Source: Eledone cirrhosa (lineage: Eukaryota). Taken from it: a stretch of DNA of 64,000 nt. The position numbers were made by a program, and so were the translations under genes. Location of the stretch: positions 66,340,001 through 66,404,000 of the forward strand of contig OZ024746.1 of the NCBI GenBank assembly GCA_964016885.1, in the 5' to 3' direction. Below, in pieces: positions 27,453 through 43,270 of the stretch (its first letter is position 1; each line of letters starts with the position of its first letter). The notes beneath the pieces were generated by a model. That model saw only the letters and a program-made list of their open reading frames with translations. It did no database searches and was not told the origin of the DNA.

Positions 27453-29443
27453 TTAGTTAATTTTACATTGTCTCTTCTCTCCTCCGACTATTTTGTAATT
27501 GTCCACTAAGCAAGAACCTTATAATATATTCAACCCAATCGACATAAATAAATTCTCTTTGGAAGAATTACCTAGTTTAATCGATCGGAGATTCACTCAT
27601 GGCAATACTGTCGTTCTATTTCAAATATATATTACCTAAAATTAGGAAGACACACAGAATAAATCAATTCATTTCGCTGACTGTATTTCAAAAGCCAGGT
27701 TTTACAACCACATGGTGCCATAAATAGAACCTAAGAAACATTTGCTACGCATTGATCTTTGACAAAATTTAACAAGTATGATACTTTTCATTTCTAATTC
27801 TTTCGGTTTTGCACTTTTAAGTAATAGCTAGTGACGGACACTACCTTTAACATTTATATCTAAACGCTTTCAAATGTTTATTTGTAAATATATCGTATAT
27901 TATTTTATAGACGAACTTTATATTCATGAATGTATACAGCTATGCTGGAGCGAACGCCCTAATAATAATTCTTGTTCAGGCCAAACCAACCAAATGTTCC
28001 GTATGCAAATGAGGCTGATCATCCCATTTATATTGCGTTAAAATTATGTTTGCGGCATATTTGAGTTCCAGTATGAGAAGGAAAGTGGTGTGTAACGTTG
28101 ATCACAGCCACACAGCCAGAAACAGCTGTCAGATGCTTTCCCCACACCTTGCGAATACCACCACCTCTACAATTCATAGCTAAAGTCTTTCAAATATTTA
28201 TTCGTAAACCTATATTATATGAAATATAAAACTTACATACATGTTTGTATACAGCTATGTTGGAGTGAACACCATATTTCTAAAACAAAATTGTTGTGGT
28301 AATAATTATTTAGTTTCACATCTTATATATTTTAAAGGTTTTATGTCATGGTAGACAAACGATATTTGAATATTCTCATTAGATATGGAATGTGCAACAA
28401 ATCTTATATATGCTTCTATGCTTAAGTGCATCCGCGTGATATTTGATGAACGAATACTTAGGATTAAGCCATGCGCAAACTTATAGTATGTTTTCGTCTG
28501 AATGAGCAAATATAGGTAAATTTTTTATTCATGTCCCCACTGTCAGTCATTCAAACCATGCAACTAAAATAGGCAACAGATTACACAAGAGCATACGTGG
28601 AATTATTGATTAGCAATTTGCTAGTAGAATAAAAGTTTCGTTTTTTTTTTGTTTTTTTTTATCTTGATTTTCCTCGTTTCGATCTTCCATTTCCAAAATC
28701 TGCCCAATTTTTTCCACGTTAAGAAATCTCATTAAAGGTGTTAATATGTCACATACGAAACAAAGATAAGAATTATGGATAGGCCATGGGTAACCAAGAT
28801 CAGACTGAATTATTTAATATGAATCTTTCTAAATAACTCTTCAAGAAGCAGCTTTCACGACTCCCACAACAGTCAAATTTCTGATTCATCTCGATTATAG
28901 AAAACTCATCGAAAAAACCAGTGAAGTCGATTTCAGACTGTGTTGAAATATCTTTCTAAAAAAACTGACCGGCCTTACATGACAAATTAATCTATAGATA
29001 AAATGTCCACACACAATGATGAACAGGTTTCAAACAAAATTGTGTTATAGTTACTATATCCTATTTTCCATTAAATGTAGTTCTCTTTGTTTTTTGATTA
29101 TGGGCGTGTGCAAGTCTGCACCTCGATGTGTAGGTCACTCTCAGCATTAATCATTTCTGTAAACTTATAATACAGATGATGAATTGTAGATGTATGATTT
29201 TGCTAAGAAAATATTCAAATATGTGAGTGTTTAGTGCACTAGTGAGTGATTTAGAGAATCATATACTGGTAATATATACGCGAATAAACCAATTTACAGG
29301 TTCAAGAAGGTTGAGTCAGCTAATGGTCATAGACTGCCAGAAGCATCTTATTTGCTCTTTTATACCTTGCACTTGATACATAATTATACATTTGCAAACT
29401 AGATTTAACAGAGGAGGCATGATATAACAATGCAATATTAAAC

Positions 29444-29638
29444 GGGTGTGGATTGGCAGTATCGGTAGAGAGTCGGACGCCATGCTTTCCAGCATAGTTA
29501 CGTCCTCCCTTTACAGTCTGAGTTCAAATCCCGCCGAGGTTAACTTTGCCTTTCATCCTTACGGTGTCGATAAAATAAAGTACCAGTAATGTACTGGGTA
29601 ATTGATGGCCTTGTGCCAAAAGTAGAAACAATTATTAT
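29444..29638 (+). mobile_element. SINE family 1
   Basis: Near-identical to the 20096 copy. Confidence 0.85.
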
Positions 29639-29744
29639 TGAGTTAAAAGCTGCGAGTATGTACCAATGCAATTTATAAAATATACAGGTAAAATAATTCA
29701 AAGGAAGCAATAAGAATCAGGCAAAGAACATATATTATTTCTTA

Positions 29745-29930
29745 GATGAATTGGCAGTATCGGTAGAGGGTTGGACGCCATGCTTTCTAGCATAGTTACG
29801 TCCCTTTACAGTCTGAGTTCAAATCCCGCCGAGGTTAACTTTGCCTTTCATCTTTACGGGGTCGATAAAATAAAGTACCACTAATGTACTGGGTAATTGC
29901 TGGCCTTGTGCCTAAATTAGAAACAATTAT
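29745..29930 (+). mobile_element. SINE family 1
   Basis: Near-identical to the 29444 copy. Confidence 0.85.
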
Positions 29931-30079
29931 TTATTAGATGCATATGTGAAACAAATGAAAGACACTAAACGGAATCCTAAAGTTTGTATTAAAGCAAATG
30001 CAAATGACTTGGTGATCAAAGATCAGCCTCAGGCAATATAGAAATTTGGTATCTTGGTGTTTTACGCCTTAATAAGTGC

Positions 30080-30177
<98 letters not shown>

Positions 30178-30216
30178 TTGTATACATAATAACTACTGAA
30201 ATATATATATATATAC

Positions 30217-30266
<50 letters not shown>

Positions 30267-30276
30267 GTGTATATAA

Positions 30277-30322
<46 letters not shown>

Positions 30323-30414
30323 GTATATATATGTATATATATATATGTATATATATATATATGTATATATATATGTATATATATATAAATGTATATATAT
30401 GTATATATATATAC

Positions 30415-30467
<53 letters not shown>

Positions 30468-30468
30468 C

Positions 30469-30533
<65 letters not shown>

Positions 30534-30557
30534 TATGTATACATAGGTATATGTGCG

Positions 30558-30602
<45 letters not shown>

Positions 30603-30993
30603 CTGTGAAATAAGAGACAAAATAGCGCCTAAAGCTACACCTGTCAATTCCACGCACATTTTCATTACAATCTATGCGTTAGGTCAAATCAAATATTATT
30701 ATTTGATTTGACTGAATGATATATATATATATAACATTTTATCTGAATGAATGAAATGCAACATGAAGTATAGTTTTGAAATATAAACAATAATGCCATA
30801 TATGGGACTATACATGTTTGTTATTTTACACAATTTCAAAATAGTAATGGTAATGGCCTAGTCTTACATTATAAAGATATCTACATGAATCGTTAAATCA
30901 ATAATTGTTTCTACTTTAGGCACAAGGCCAGCAATTACCCAGTGCATTAATAAATCAATAATATTTAATATCTACAGAACTTTTATCAATAGC

Positions 30994-31394
<401 letters not shown>

Positions 31395-31837
31395 GTGCGT
31401 GTGTGTGTGTGTGTTCAAATAAGGCTCAACATTGACGAAAAGGAGGATCGCAGTAAAGAATTTTAAATAAAGATTTCAACCCAAAGGCACATATTTTTGT
31501 CAAGCGATTAAAATCTATCACAGAGCTTAACGAATTTGTTCCACTTAGTGTCGTTTCTCAAGCTAATATACCAGATTTTGCCTTGCTATCTCAATTAACC
31601 AAGATGGTTCATTTCTGTCAAAAACGTGTCTGACGATCAGAGACCGTTTCTGTTCAATAGTAAGAAAGATGAGATATATTTACGTGTTGTTGAACCCCGT
31701 GTACACCCAAAATAATACCAGCATGGTGTATAATTAACAACAAGGTAAATGTTTTCACAATACAGGCGAGTTGACGGGAATAAAATTTATTATAAATAGC
31801 AGTCAATTTAAAACCGTCAATCAACTCAGCATTTTTA

Positions 31838-32028
31838 GTGGTGGATTGGTAGTATCGGTACAGGGTCGGACGCCATGCGTTGACGCATAGAGTTACGGCC
31901 CTTGCCATTCTGAGTTCAAATCCCGCCGAGGTTAACTTTGCCTTTCATCCTTACGGGGTCTATAAAATAAAATACCAGTAATGCACTGCGATAATTGGTA
32001 GCTTTGTATCAAAAGCAGAAATAATTAT
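31838..32028 (+). mobile_element. SINE family 1
   Basis: Matches the family-1 sequence. Confidence 0.85.
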
Positions 32029-32107
32029 TAATATATATTACTAACTGATTTTTAAGTATGTATATATATGTATGTATGTATGTGTGTATGTGAGTGTGTG
32101 CGCTTGT

Positions 32108-32139
<32 letters not shown>

Positions 32140-32140
<1 letters not shown>

Positions 32141-32673
32141 CGCAATGTTTAGACAAATCACAGAGGCAATAAACATAAATGAACTCCAACCAAAATTAAA
32201 TAGAAAACATGAATGGAATATCAACATTACAACTTACAATTAAGGACAAAATGAAAACACACACACACATAGAACAAACAACCCACCAGTAACATGTAAA
32301 TAAACAAATAAATAAACAAATATAAACACACACAGACACCCGGATGTAACACATGCGCAAACTAAGCACACAACACACAGGACAGAACAAAGGAGAGGCA
32401 CAAAAACAAAGAAAAGAATCCCCAGTCACTGAAGAGGTCACAGAATGTGTGACGAAATAACTTTGACAATATATGAACCATCATCTGGTTGTGAAACCAA
32501 CCAACCAAACGGAAATTTATCAATTCCTAAATTTATAAATTTAATTTATAATAAATTGAAGTGAAAGTAACTGGTGCGCGTGTTTCTTATTGGCAACACG
32601 ACCCTCCCAAAGCATAACAATATCTGTTTCAACACACGTTTTCAGATAAAGAATCTTTCTAAATTAATTCAGA

Positions 32674-32680
<7 letters not shown>
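32140..32680 (+). mobile_element. TA-nested HHR element (HHR 32425-32467), related to 34078-34720
   Basis: gtca-CTGAAGA-ggtcacagaatgtgtgac-GAAAtaacTT-tgac. The tail ctcccaaagcataacaatatctgtttc..cacacg is homologous to the reverse complement of about 34080-34140. Confidence 0.75.
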
Positions 32681-32733
<53 letters not shown>

Positions 32734-33259
32734 GAATATATACACCCACATTGATATATATCTGCGGACATACAATAGATACTATATATTCACTGTTTAC
32801 AGTTTACGGTTAACAAGAAATGAAAGCATCGTTTTATTGCACCTAATTAGAAATGAAAATGAATGAATAGTGATAAAATACTACACGCTTGGCCTCTCAG
32901 TGGCAGATAAAAATACTACAACTTTATCAAATACAAGTTAATTACCGTTGAAGTAAGCTTAGACGGTAAATATTAAAGACGCAATTATACACAAGAATTG
33001 CGTTATCATTACAGACATACTGGCTTACGATGAAGTTAAAACATGTACTGAGATCTAAAATAATTCAACATTGTTTATGAGGAGCTGCGTTTGAAGATTA
33101 GTTGAGCATAAATATAAAAGGCCTTTACAATTTCATTTAATTATTCTACACTATGGGCTACCATCAAGCTTACTTTGATCTTGCCTAATAAATATTATGA
33201 GTACAAACTGTAGACTTATGTATTATGTAGGAAACGAAAAGTAACACACTTTATTTCAA

Positions 33260-33672
33260 ATAATGATATCTAGTACAGGCACAAGGCCAGTAATTTGGGG
33301 GGAGGGGAAAGTCGACCCCATACGGATAAAAGGCAAAGTTAACCTCGGCAGGATTTGAACTCTGACCGTAAAGGGCGATAATTCTATGCTGCAAAGCATG
33401 GTTTCTGACTCTCTACCAATACTGCCAATGCACCACCAATAGACCACTATAATAATAGTTTCTTATATAGGCACAAGGCCAGCAATTTTGGTGGCGGGGA
33501 AAGTCGATTGAATCGACCCCAATGCGTGACTGGTACTTTATTGTATCGACCCCGTAAGGATGAAAGGGAAAGTTAACCTCGGCGGGATTTGAACTCAGTT
33601 CATAAAGGGCCATAATTCTATGCTACAAGGCATAATATCCGACTCTCTAGCGATACTGCCAAACCACCACCC
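33260..33672 (-). mobile_element. Two tandem SINE family 1 copies (about 33260-33436 and 33450-33672)
   Basis: Reverse complement of the family-1 sequence, twice. Confidence 0.8.
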
Positions 33673-33966
33673 TTTATTTCAAATAATAATATATAGTAAT
33701 ATACTAATGGATGTTATTGCAAACTTAAATTTGAAAACTTTCAGAGCACCCTTGACACACTTTCCTCTCGTGCCCCACACAAGAAGAAGTGTTTCACACA
33801 ATTTAGATTTTACGTCGGGTGTTCATACGCTGGTGTTCATACTGACCTAAATGTTTACAGACAAGGTCATATATAAAACACATTATGCTATCGACGTATC
33901 ACTCGGATTAAAAACACTGATCCACAGGTCTACAAAAAAAAGCGAGAAATTGTGCATCTACTTGCT

Positions 33967-34044
<78 letters not shown>

Positions 34045-34045
34045 A

Positions 34046-34077
<32 letters not shown>

Positions 34078-34080
<3 letters not shown>

Positions 34081-34713
34081 TTGCGAGGTTTTTGATATGA
34101 AATCGTGTGACGAAACAAATATTGTTATACTTGGGGAGAGTCATATTTGTGTAATATTGCCAGAATTAATAACAGAACACACTCACTGTTTGGTTGGTTT
34201 TCGCTTTTCGCTTCTGTGTCTTTTATATCGGTAATCTAATTTATTCGGTCCTCAATGTTGCCATTGACTGACCAACGGTAAAAAATAATACAGATACAAT
34301 ATAGACACAAACACATATATATAGTTTATCAAAGTTCTTTCGTTGCACATCTGCAACATCGTCAGTGGTGCTATTGTTTCCTCCCGTTGCATTGTATTTT
34401 AGAATGTATGTATGAAAGATGGCGTAGAAAATACGATGCAACGGGAGGAAACAATAGCACCACTGACGACGTTGCAGATGTGTGTGCAACGAAAGAACTT
34501 TGATAAACTATATATATGTGTTTGTGTCTATATTGTATTTGTATTATTTTTTACCGTTGGTCAGTCAATGGCAACATTGAGGACCGAATAAATTAGATTA
34601 CCGATATAAAAGACACAGAAGTGAAAAGCGAAAACCAACCAAACAGTGAGTGTGTTCTGTTATTAATTCTGCAATTCTGGCAATATTACACAAATATGAC
34701 TCTCCCCAAGTAT

Positions 34714-34720
<7 letters not shown>
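34078..34720 (-). mobile_element. Large fold-back HHR element (arms about 34119-34400 / 34428-34720); HHRs at 34330-34367 (-) and 34461-34502 (+)
   Basis: ca-CTGACGA-(c/t)gttgca..tgcaac-GAAAgaacTT-tg in both arms; flanked by (TA)n. Confidence 0.85.
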
Positions 34721-34789
<69 letters not shown>

Positions 34790-34792
<3 letters not shown>

Positions 34793-34961
34793 ATTGCGGG
34801 TTGAATCGGAGGTAACCACAGTAAGTAAGGTACTCAATACATTGCAGAGTATAACAGTTTTAATATAGGTGAGATTCTACAGGACTAGAACTGTTTCATT
34901 CTTTAGAAATCATCCTGATGATTTCTAAAGAATGAAACAGTTCTAGTCCTGTAGAATCTCA
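34790..34961 (-). mobile_element. Fold-back HHR element, relative of the 3519 and 46648 copies (arms 34870-34914 / 34917-34961)
   Basis: Shared tail ggttga.tcgg.g.taaccacagtaagtaaggtactcaatacat; CTGATGA-tttctaaagaat-GAAAcagtt on + at 34915. Confidence 0.8.
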
Positions 34962-35019
<58 letters not shown>

Positions 35020-37099
35020 CACACATATATATCTGTGTGTGTGTCTGTGTGTGTGTGTGTACTTTTGTACTTATATACATATACTCGACCGTGAAACAAA
35101 TATTGTCTAGTAAGAATAACACAATATAAGCTTTGCCATAATTCTCTGATCTATTGATTTATGTATATCAGGTTGTATTTTGAACAAAATACTAAGAAAA
35201 TTATAAAACAGAGAACAAACATAAATGTTCTTTTCGCAATCGAAAGTTCAGAAGTTTTTATAGAATAACGCCCAATTAACGTCTAACGAAAACTATGATT
35301 ATTGACATTAATGTCATAAAGTGACATTTAAAATAGAATTAAATGTGTAGTAATCAATAAAAATAACTATATATCAACTAGTGTTTGACCCAATTTGTGT
35401 CAGTGTCATATAGACAATTCTCAAAATATATTATATCTTTGAGGACAATAAAAGTTTAAAACGGATTTACAAAAGAGATTCATTAAACCAAGATTGATGA
35501 GTAGCTGATATTAGCTTCAATACATATTTAGTTTAATTTGGCAAAAAGTTAGAATTTCTGAAGTGAGATGCCGTTAATTCATTTGAGGGAACAGTATTAT
35601 ATATAAAGATGTAGAATTTCAACACAACCACAGGAGACACAATGTAAAACATCAAACGAATCGACTTCGTAGGATTTATATTTCTTTTTGATTTGAAAAC
35701 TGAACTAAGAAGAAATCTGATACGTGTAATGGATATTTTCCACGTGTTTACTACCACATTTCACTCTTTGGATATTTTATGTAATACTCATTAAATAAGT
35801 TACTGTGTTATATGTGTATATAAGATGGGCAAAAGAAGTTATGTGTTCAGAAGACATTTAAATATTACACAAATAGTGATATTATTTGACACACAACCGC
35901 GCATTCTTTAAGAAGAGATTAAGTACATTGAAGTAAGTCCTATAGATTTGAAATTTACGGATAAACGATTATGAGAAATTAGAGGAACATTCAAAACCTT
36001 GATAACATATTATGCATGATAAATGATGAAAATATCTCTACTAAACAGAAACTGGAATTTAAAGCAGTGTTTTAATGCCAATCCACAACATCCAGATTTT
36101 ATGAAAAATAAAATACGTAAGATAAAACTAAATATAACAGATTTACAAATAACGTAGAATGTTTCAGTGTGATATTTCAATGCATAACTAACATAATGGA
36201 ATCATTTTCAGGCGATAATTATTGCATCTATGCCCTATAAGCTTCTCATATGCACAATTTACTATACGGAGTACAATTTCAATATTCGGTTTAATATTTC
36301 AATATCCGGTTTCAATTCGGTTTAATGAGGAATGTATTTAAGCATGGATTTGAAGAAGAAAGCATATGTTCCATATGAATAATGGACCATATGAAATGTA
36401 TGTGCACCCTTTCACTGGCTCTCCTTAGATTTGGTGGACTAATAGTTTAAATGTTGGCGCTAACAAAATGATTTCCGGGCTTTTTTAAACGTCACACATA
36501 ATTTTTAATTTCAGATGCAATAATGATCATGGAGCTTTATATTTCGCACACGAAAACACTAATTGTTCTGTTTAGGTACAAATTCTAACTTTTGAAAATG
36601 TAAACACATATATCTTCGTGAAATCTGGAAAAGTAGAAGCACTAAGTTATATGATTTCGTAGTGATGTTTTTCAGGGAGGTATCACAGGTCTAGTCCTGT
36701 GAGTTCTGACAAGAATACACTCTCGATTCCGCGTTAATTTTGAGATAGCCTCGATCGATGGCGAACATTTGAAAAATACTACCAACTCTGATAAGCATAT
36801 GCACTACATAAAGAAGTAATGATCAAAGCAACATATTGAATTCCAAGCGCAAAATATTTTTCAAATTTTGAATTTAATTTAAATTTCCCTCATGACAGGT
36901 GAAAGAAAAAAATCCTACCGGCAGATCCTATCGAATCTAAATAAAAAGTGGGTGGTACGTTCAGGAAATATAAATTCAATATTAATTAATTTAAATCTCT
37001 GCGATTATGATAAGTAGGAAACAGATGAACGGCGACCCAGAGTTATTTGATAGCATCGATAAATTTCTCTTAGGAACTGAAAGTATATGATTTAGGATT

Positions 37100-37308
37100 C
37101 CAATTTAGGCACAAGGCCAACAATTTGGCTTTTAGTGGAGTTGAAAGTCAAGTAAGTCAATCTCAGTGCGTTTTGGGGACTTTTATTGACCTCATGAAAA
37201 TTAAAAGTCAAATTTAACCTCAGCAGGATTTTAAATCTGAACGTTAAAGGGACATAACTATATGCCACAAAACGTTGGCCGACGCTCTACTTATACGACC
37301 AATCCACC
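37100..37308 (-). mobile_element. Decayed SINE family 1
   Basis: ggcacaaggcca..ttaacctcagcaggatttt..ccaatccacc. Confidence 0.6.
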
Positions 37309-37872
37309 ATGCAAGAATGCAAGACGCAAACGGAGCTTTACCCGTTTATATACCCAGAAGAAAATAACGGGTTCTTCACACCACCTTATAAAGTCTTCTA
37401 CAATTCAATACGTTGTGAAAACCACTTTCAAAATTCACCCAAATCAAAGCAGAACGAAATGACTTGCAAATCGAAACCGTGTTATTTTAATATTTTGAAT
37501 ATAATTTGGTAACATTCTAGATGCTACTCAGATTCCAGCAATGTTTTCGTAATTCTAGAAATATATATGTAGAACCACCTCACTAACATTCACATCTACA
37601 TTATAAAAAAAAACACATTTTTTACATTTTAGAAGAAATTATTTCTGATGCATGTATGATTTTATCTTTGTCTCTGTAATGATTTATATATACGTATGTG
37701 TATATGTATGTATTATGTATGTATGTATGTATGTATGTATGTATGAGTGTTTGTGTGTGTGTGTATGTATGTCGGTATGCATGTCTCTATGTAAGTATGT
37801 ATGTAGGTATGTATATACATTATCATGTAAATGACATCCTTCTTGTACACACACATACACACACCTACCCCC

Positions 37873-37904
<32 letters not shown>

Positions 37905-38285
37905 CTTTGTGTGTGTGTGTGTGTGTGCGTATATATATATATATATATGTGTATATATATATGTGTGTGTATGTATATGTGTGTGTTTGTGTGTGCATGT
38001 GTGTGTGTGTATGTGTGTGTGTGTGTGTGGCATGTTTATACATATGTACGTATTAATATGTCTATATGAGAAAGAAAGAGACTATAAGAAAAGTAGCTAG
38101 AGTGAAATGTGGAGATATCGATAAAACAGGGGTTTCTATTGAAAATGTATAATCAGAGGTTTCAGTGAGTGTGTGTGATGAGCGGGGTAAACGGTTGCAA
38201 GGGTGAAAATAGTGATCCATAGAGAGATAAATAGATAGACAGAAAAGAGGGAAAGTCAGGGATCATGTTAAACTTGGTGTGTACT

Positions 38286-38499
<214 letters not shown>

Positions 38500-38517
38500 G
38501 GTTGCCCTTGAAATATA

Positions 38518-38631
38518 TATAATTGTTTCTATTTTAGGCACAAGGCCAGCAATTACCCAGTTCATTACTGGTACTTTATTTTATCGACCCCGTAAGGATG
38601 AAAGGCAAAGTCAGCCTCGGCGGGATTTGAA
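38518..38631 (-). mobile_element. Truncated SINE family 1
   Basis: 3' half of the family-1 sequence. Confidence 0.8.
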
Positions 38632-38686
38632 ATATATATAATAAAATAATTATCTTTTTATAAATATAGTTTCCATTTATTAATAT

Positions 38687-38768
<82 letters not shown>

Positions 38769-38851
38769 AAGGTAAATAGAAATAACAACACAATCGGTAC
38801 AGTATACGGAAGGTATATATTCGGTTAAAGCTTGATATAGCAGGAATAGGG

Positions 38852-38887
38852 TCTTAACGTTTCGGATGATAGTCCTTCATCAGAAGA
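38852..38887 (-). ncRNA. Minimal hammerhead ribozyme in a short element (about 38765-39120)
   Basis: tctt-CTGATGA-aggactatcatcc-GAAAcGTT-aaga. A 5' half of a similar motif (ctgatgaaggacta) is at 9878. Confidence 0.7.
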
Positions 38888-39122
38888 AAGAATGAGAAAT
38901 AAAATCGATTGAGGGGACGGGTTGGAAGGAATTGGAAGAAATGTCTTTAGAAAAGATTTGGGATTGGGCATATTGAAGGTACTAGGGTGTGAGTGAAAAA
39001 TAGGCGGGTGAGAAGAGGGTGGTGTAAGAAGATTTTAGTAGAGGACAAGTGGTAGAGAATCGTAGAATATTTAAATGCAAGAAGCAAAGAAAATTGCAAA
39101 GATACGAAAGATTCCCTGATGG

Positions 39123-39579
<457 letters not shown>

Positions 39580-39591
39580 CATATATATACA

Positions 39592-39797
<206 letters not shown>

Positions 39798-41146
39798 GGG
39801 GGGTGTATGTGTGTGTGTGGGGGGGGTGTATAAGAGAAAGCAATATTTCTCAAATAGAGAATGAAAGACATGCGTGTATGGTATGTTTATAGGTTGGTCT
39901 CTTTCACGCGCTGTGGCAACTGCCCATCCTTTCTCTCAAATCCTCCAGAACTGTGTTCTTATGCCAGGGATAGAAATCGATACCCACGTTGGTGCACACG
40001 TACATATAGTAAGCATACACACGTGCACACATACACACACTCATATGTATATTTATATATCTCTATATATGTTACCATTAACTCGGTTGCACATCAGGTG
40101 TTCATCTGAATGTAACTTGACAATCCCTCGCATCGAAGAAATAACACAGAAGCGCACTCTCATGTGTATATAATACCTGCAGGCCTGTATTTAAAAATAT
40201 AAGGATTTCACAGGGAAACATATAATATAATATATGCGTGTATGTCTTTGTCCAGTCATGTACGCATTGGACTGTGTTTGTAACTATGCATATATGTGCA
40301 TTTATATGCATATGTATTTACGTATGTGTGAATGTATGTCTGTATGTATGTATCGATATCGAAGGATATATAGTTAGATAGATGGAAGGGTGCAAGTACT
40401 TGTAGGTAAACATTCAGCTTGCCAAAAAGGTGTTTCTTTTTTCGACCACACTAACCCTTCCTTTAGGTACTTATCTTTTTCCATAGCCTCAGGTTATTAC
40501 CAAATCCATGACATGGTGCATCGAAAAGGAAACTATTTACGGCCATTCGACAGCCACCGTATAATCTCTGAAGTAATCGAGTAAATAATTGCCACACAAA
40601 TTACAAAGGTATTTATAATCGATTCGCAAGTCACATCTATGAAGTGCCTCAGTATGAACGCAGTATAATACCAGAAAACTAAAACTAGTAAAATATATAT
40701 GATATCTGATGTCAATCACTCTAGATTTGGACTTAGATGGAAAACGATTGGACATGAATGATTACTGTATATTGAATTATATATATTATATTTTCTCGAA
40801 TCGATGCTAATATTATATATCTTAAAACATGTGACAAGTGATATTAATGCCTGTGTGTTATCAAGACTTAACCCTTGCTGACATTACGCACTATTTTCTG
40901 GTACAGTGCTGGTCATTTTTTTGTTTTTAATATCAAATGGTCGTTTTCACATTTAGATTTCTGGGCAGACGTTCAATCACGCCTATATGGATCGACCGGC
41001 TGCTACATGATCCTCTGGTTGCATTAAAGAATTTGCTAAACTGCATCTGGTGAAGTGGTATTACAGAGCGATCAGGGACAGGGTTTGAAGAAACAAGTAA
41101 AAAGTACAAATATCTTATATTCTGTCTCTCCCTCTCTCTCTCCCCT

Positions 41147-41179
<33 letters not shown>

Positions 41180-43089
41180 CTCTCTCTCAGAAGAAAAAGA
41201 AGAAGAAGAAGAAGAAGAAGAAGAAGAAGAAGGCAGTTTTCTAGCCATACCAGCACATCACAAGCCTTCACGTTAACGCACTTAATCTACGTATTATGTA
41301 AATCTATCTATTATGTTACGTTATTTAGCTCTGTTTAGATATTTCATCTTTCCTGGGTTGGTAAACAAATTAACAGTCAGTAAAATGATGAATAAATCGA
41401 CTAAACCTTTTTGTACACATTTTCTTGTACTGTACTTGTGTAAGAAATCATTTCATTAAACCATCTATAACGGTCAATAAACAGAATATGTAGAATCGAA
41501 CAAAATGAAATTAGAGTAGTTAATTCAGATTTTACGTTCAGATTTTAAATGTTACTGATATAACAGATGGTCGGCATTATGGGACTGAAATTTAATGCGT
41601 ACTCAGGTACTAAGAACAAAATAATAACTGATTCTTCGGCTCATATCCCTTCGATTTGTTCAAGAGATTTTCAGTGTATTAGTCTAGAAGGAGAAGTGGA
41701 AAAGGGGAAATATGATGTATTGCAGGTGAAAGGAGAACGGGTCAGATGTAGAAGATGACCACAAGAACAATGGATGAGAAGGGTGAGAGGAAGAAGGCAA
41801 GCTGCAGAGGAAAGGTTGATGAGAATGAGAGAGGGAGAGGGAAATGGAGAGGGTGAGGGAGAAAAGGATGAATTGAAGTTAATAATAATAACAAAAAATA
41901 GGAAGGAAGACGTAGAAGATAACGAAGAATGCTATATTTATTGAGATTGAATTGCAATTCTGTGATGGGGAGCAGAGGATCCAGATAGCCAACGGCATGT
42001 TAGTGGCAACAGTCACCACTTGAAGATTCTTCGAAGATAAATTGAATTCAGATTTCGCATAACGTAAAACATAGTTACACATATACCTATACATGCATGC
42101 AGTCACAATTACGCACGCCTACACACACTCACACACACACTCACACACACGCACCCACCTCATATATATATATATATATATATATTATGAGCGAGTGTAT
42201 ATGTATTCGGAATTCATATAATAAATATATACATATAAATGTCTAATGTTGTAGTGTATCTGCTGGCTTATCTAACAGACTATACTGTTTCTCTCAGTAG
42301 AGTGGGTTTTCTTAAAGGAATATCTCCTATTATTATTGAGCTTAAAATACATGACCATTTAAGGTAGTTTTAATCCTCGCTCCTTCCGCATGTGTGACTA
42401 TTCTTCTCACCTGGTCGTTGTTTTCGGAGGTCCGTATAACAGTGATCCATGGGTGTGGTTTTTGCCATCTTTCCATGGATGTGGTTTTTGCCATCGAGGT
42501 ATAGTTGGGCAGAAACATCAAGATATTCTCTGTTGCAGGTAAGTTTAGTGAGGAGGTGCAGTTCCTTAGTATCCACTCCGCCTCAACTCCATATCACTCC
42601 CGCTGATCATCTCCACGCATTTACTCACATCAATATCGTCGGTGGATGGGGGCATAAGGTCACTACATCCATGCTGCCTATTATGCTCAATGAGATGTTT
42701 ACCTCATTTTTATATATTCTCCAATCTATGTAGAGAAAAATTCGTTGTTGCTTACTGCTATTTTTTTAGCAGCCAAGCCATCAACAAGTCTATAATATTC
42801 CCGCTTGCTCTAGTGGCCAGGTCACGTACGGGTCACTTTAACGGCTATAGCCCATACGTGCTGGTTGTTAGCATTATATTTGCTGACCGTGGGACAAATG
42901 TCCTATAGAATGGAAAGAGCAATCTGAAGAAATCTACTTTCCGTTGGAAATTCTCCGAATTTCCAATATTTTGTGGATGGAAACCGCCGGTAATAGCATT
43001 ATGGACACATAGATATTTAAATTATTTTTTTATTTATATAAAGGATTGTTTAATGTTTGTTTGTTCTGCTCATCAATTTTTATATATAC

Positions 43090-43138
<49 letters not shown>

Positions 43139-43185
43139 GATATATAGATAGATAGATATATAGATATATATAGATATATAGATAT

Positions 43186-43261
<76 letters not shown>

Positions 43262-43270
<9 letters not shown>

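Noticed and set aside
31630-31670. CTGACGA followed by a hairpin
   Set aside because: No properly placed GAAA, stem III or stem I.
42370-42730. Possible decayed RTE C-terminus on the minus strand (SLLYG-like)
   Set aside because: Too degenerate to support a call.
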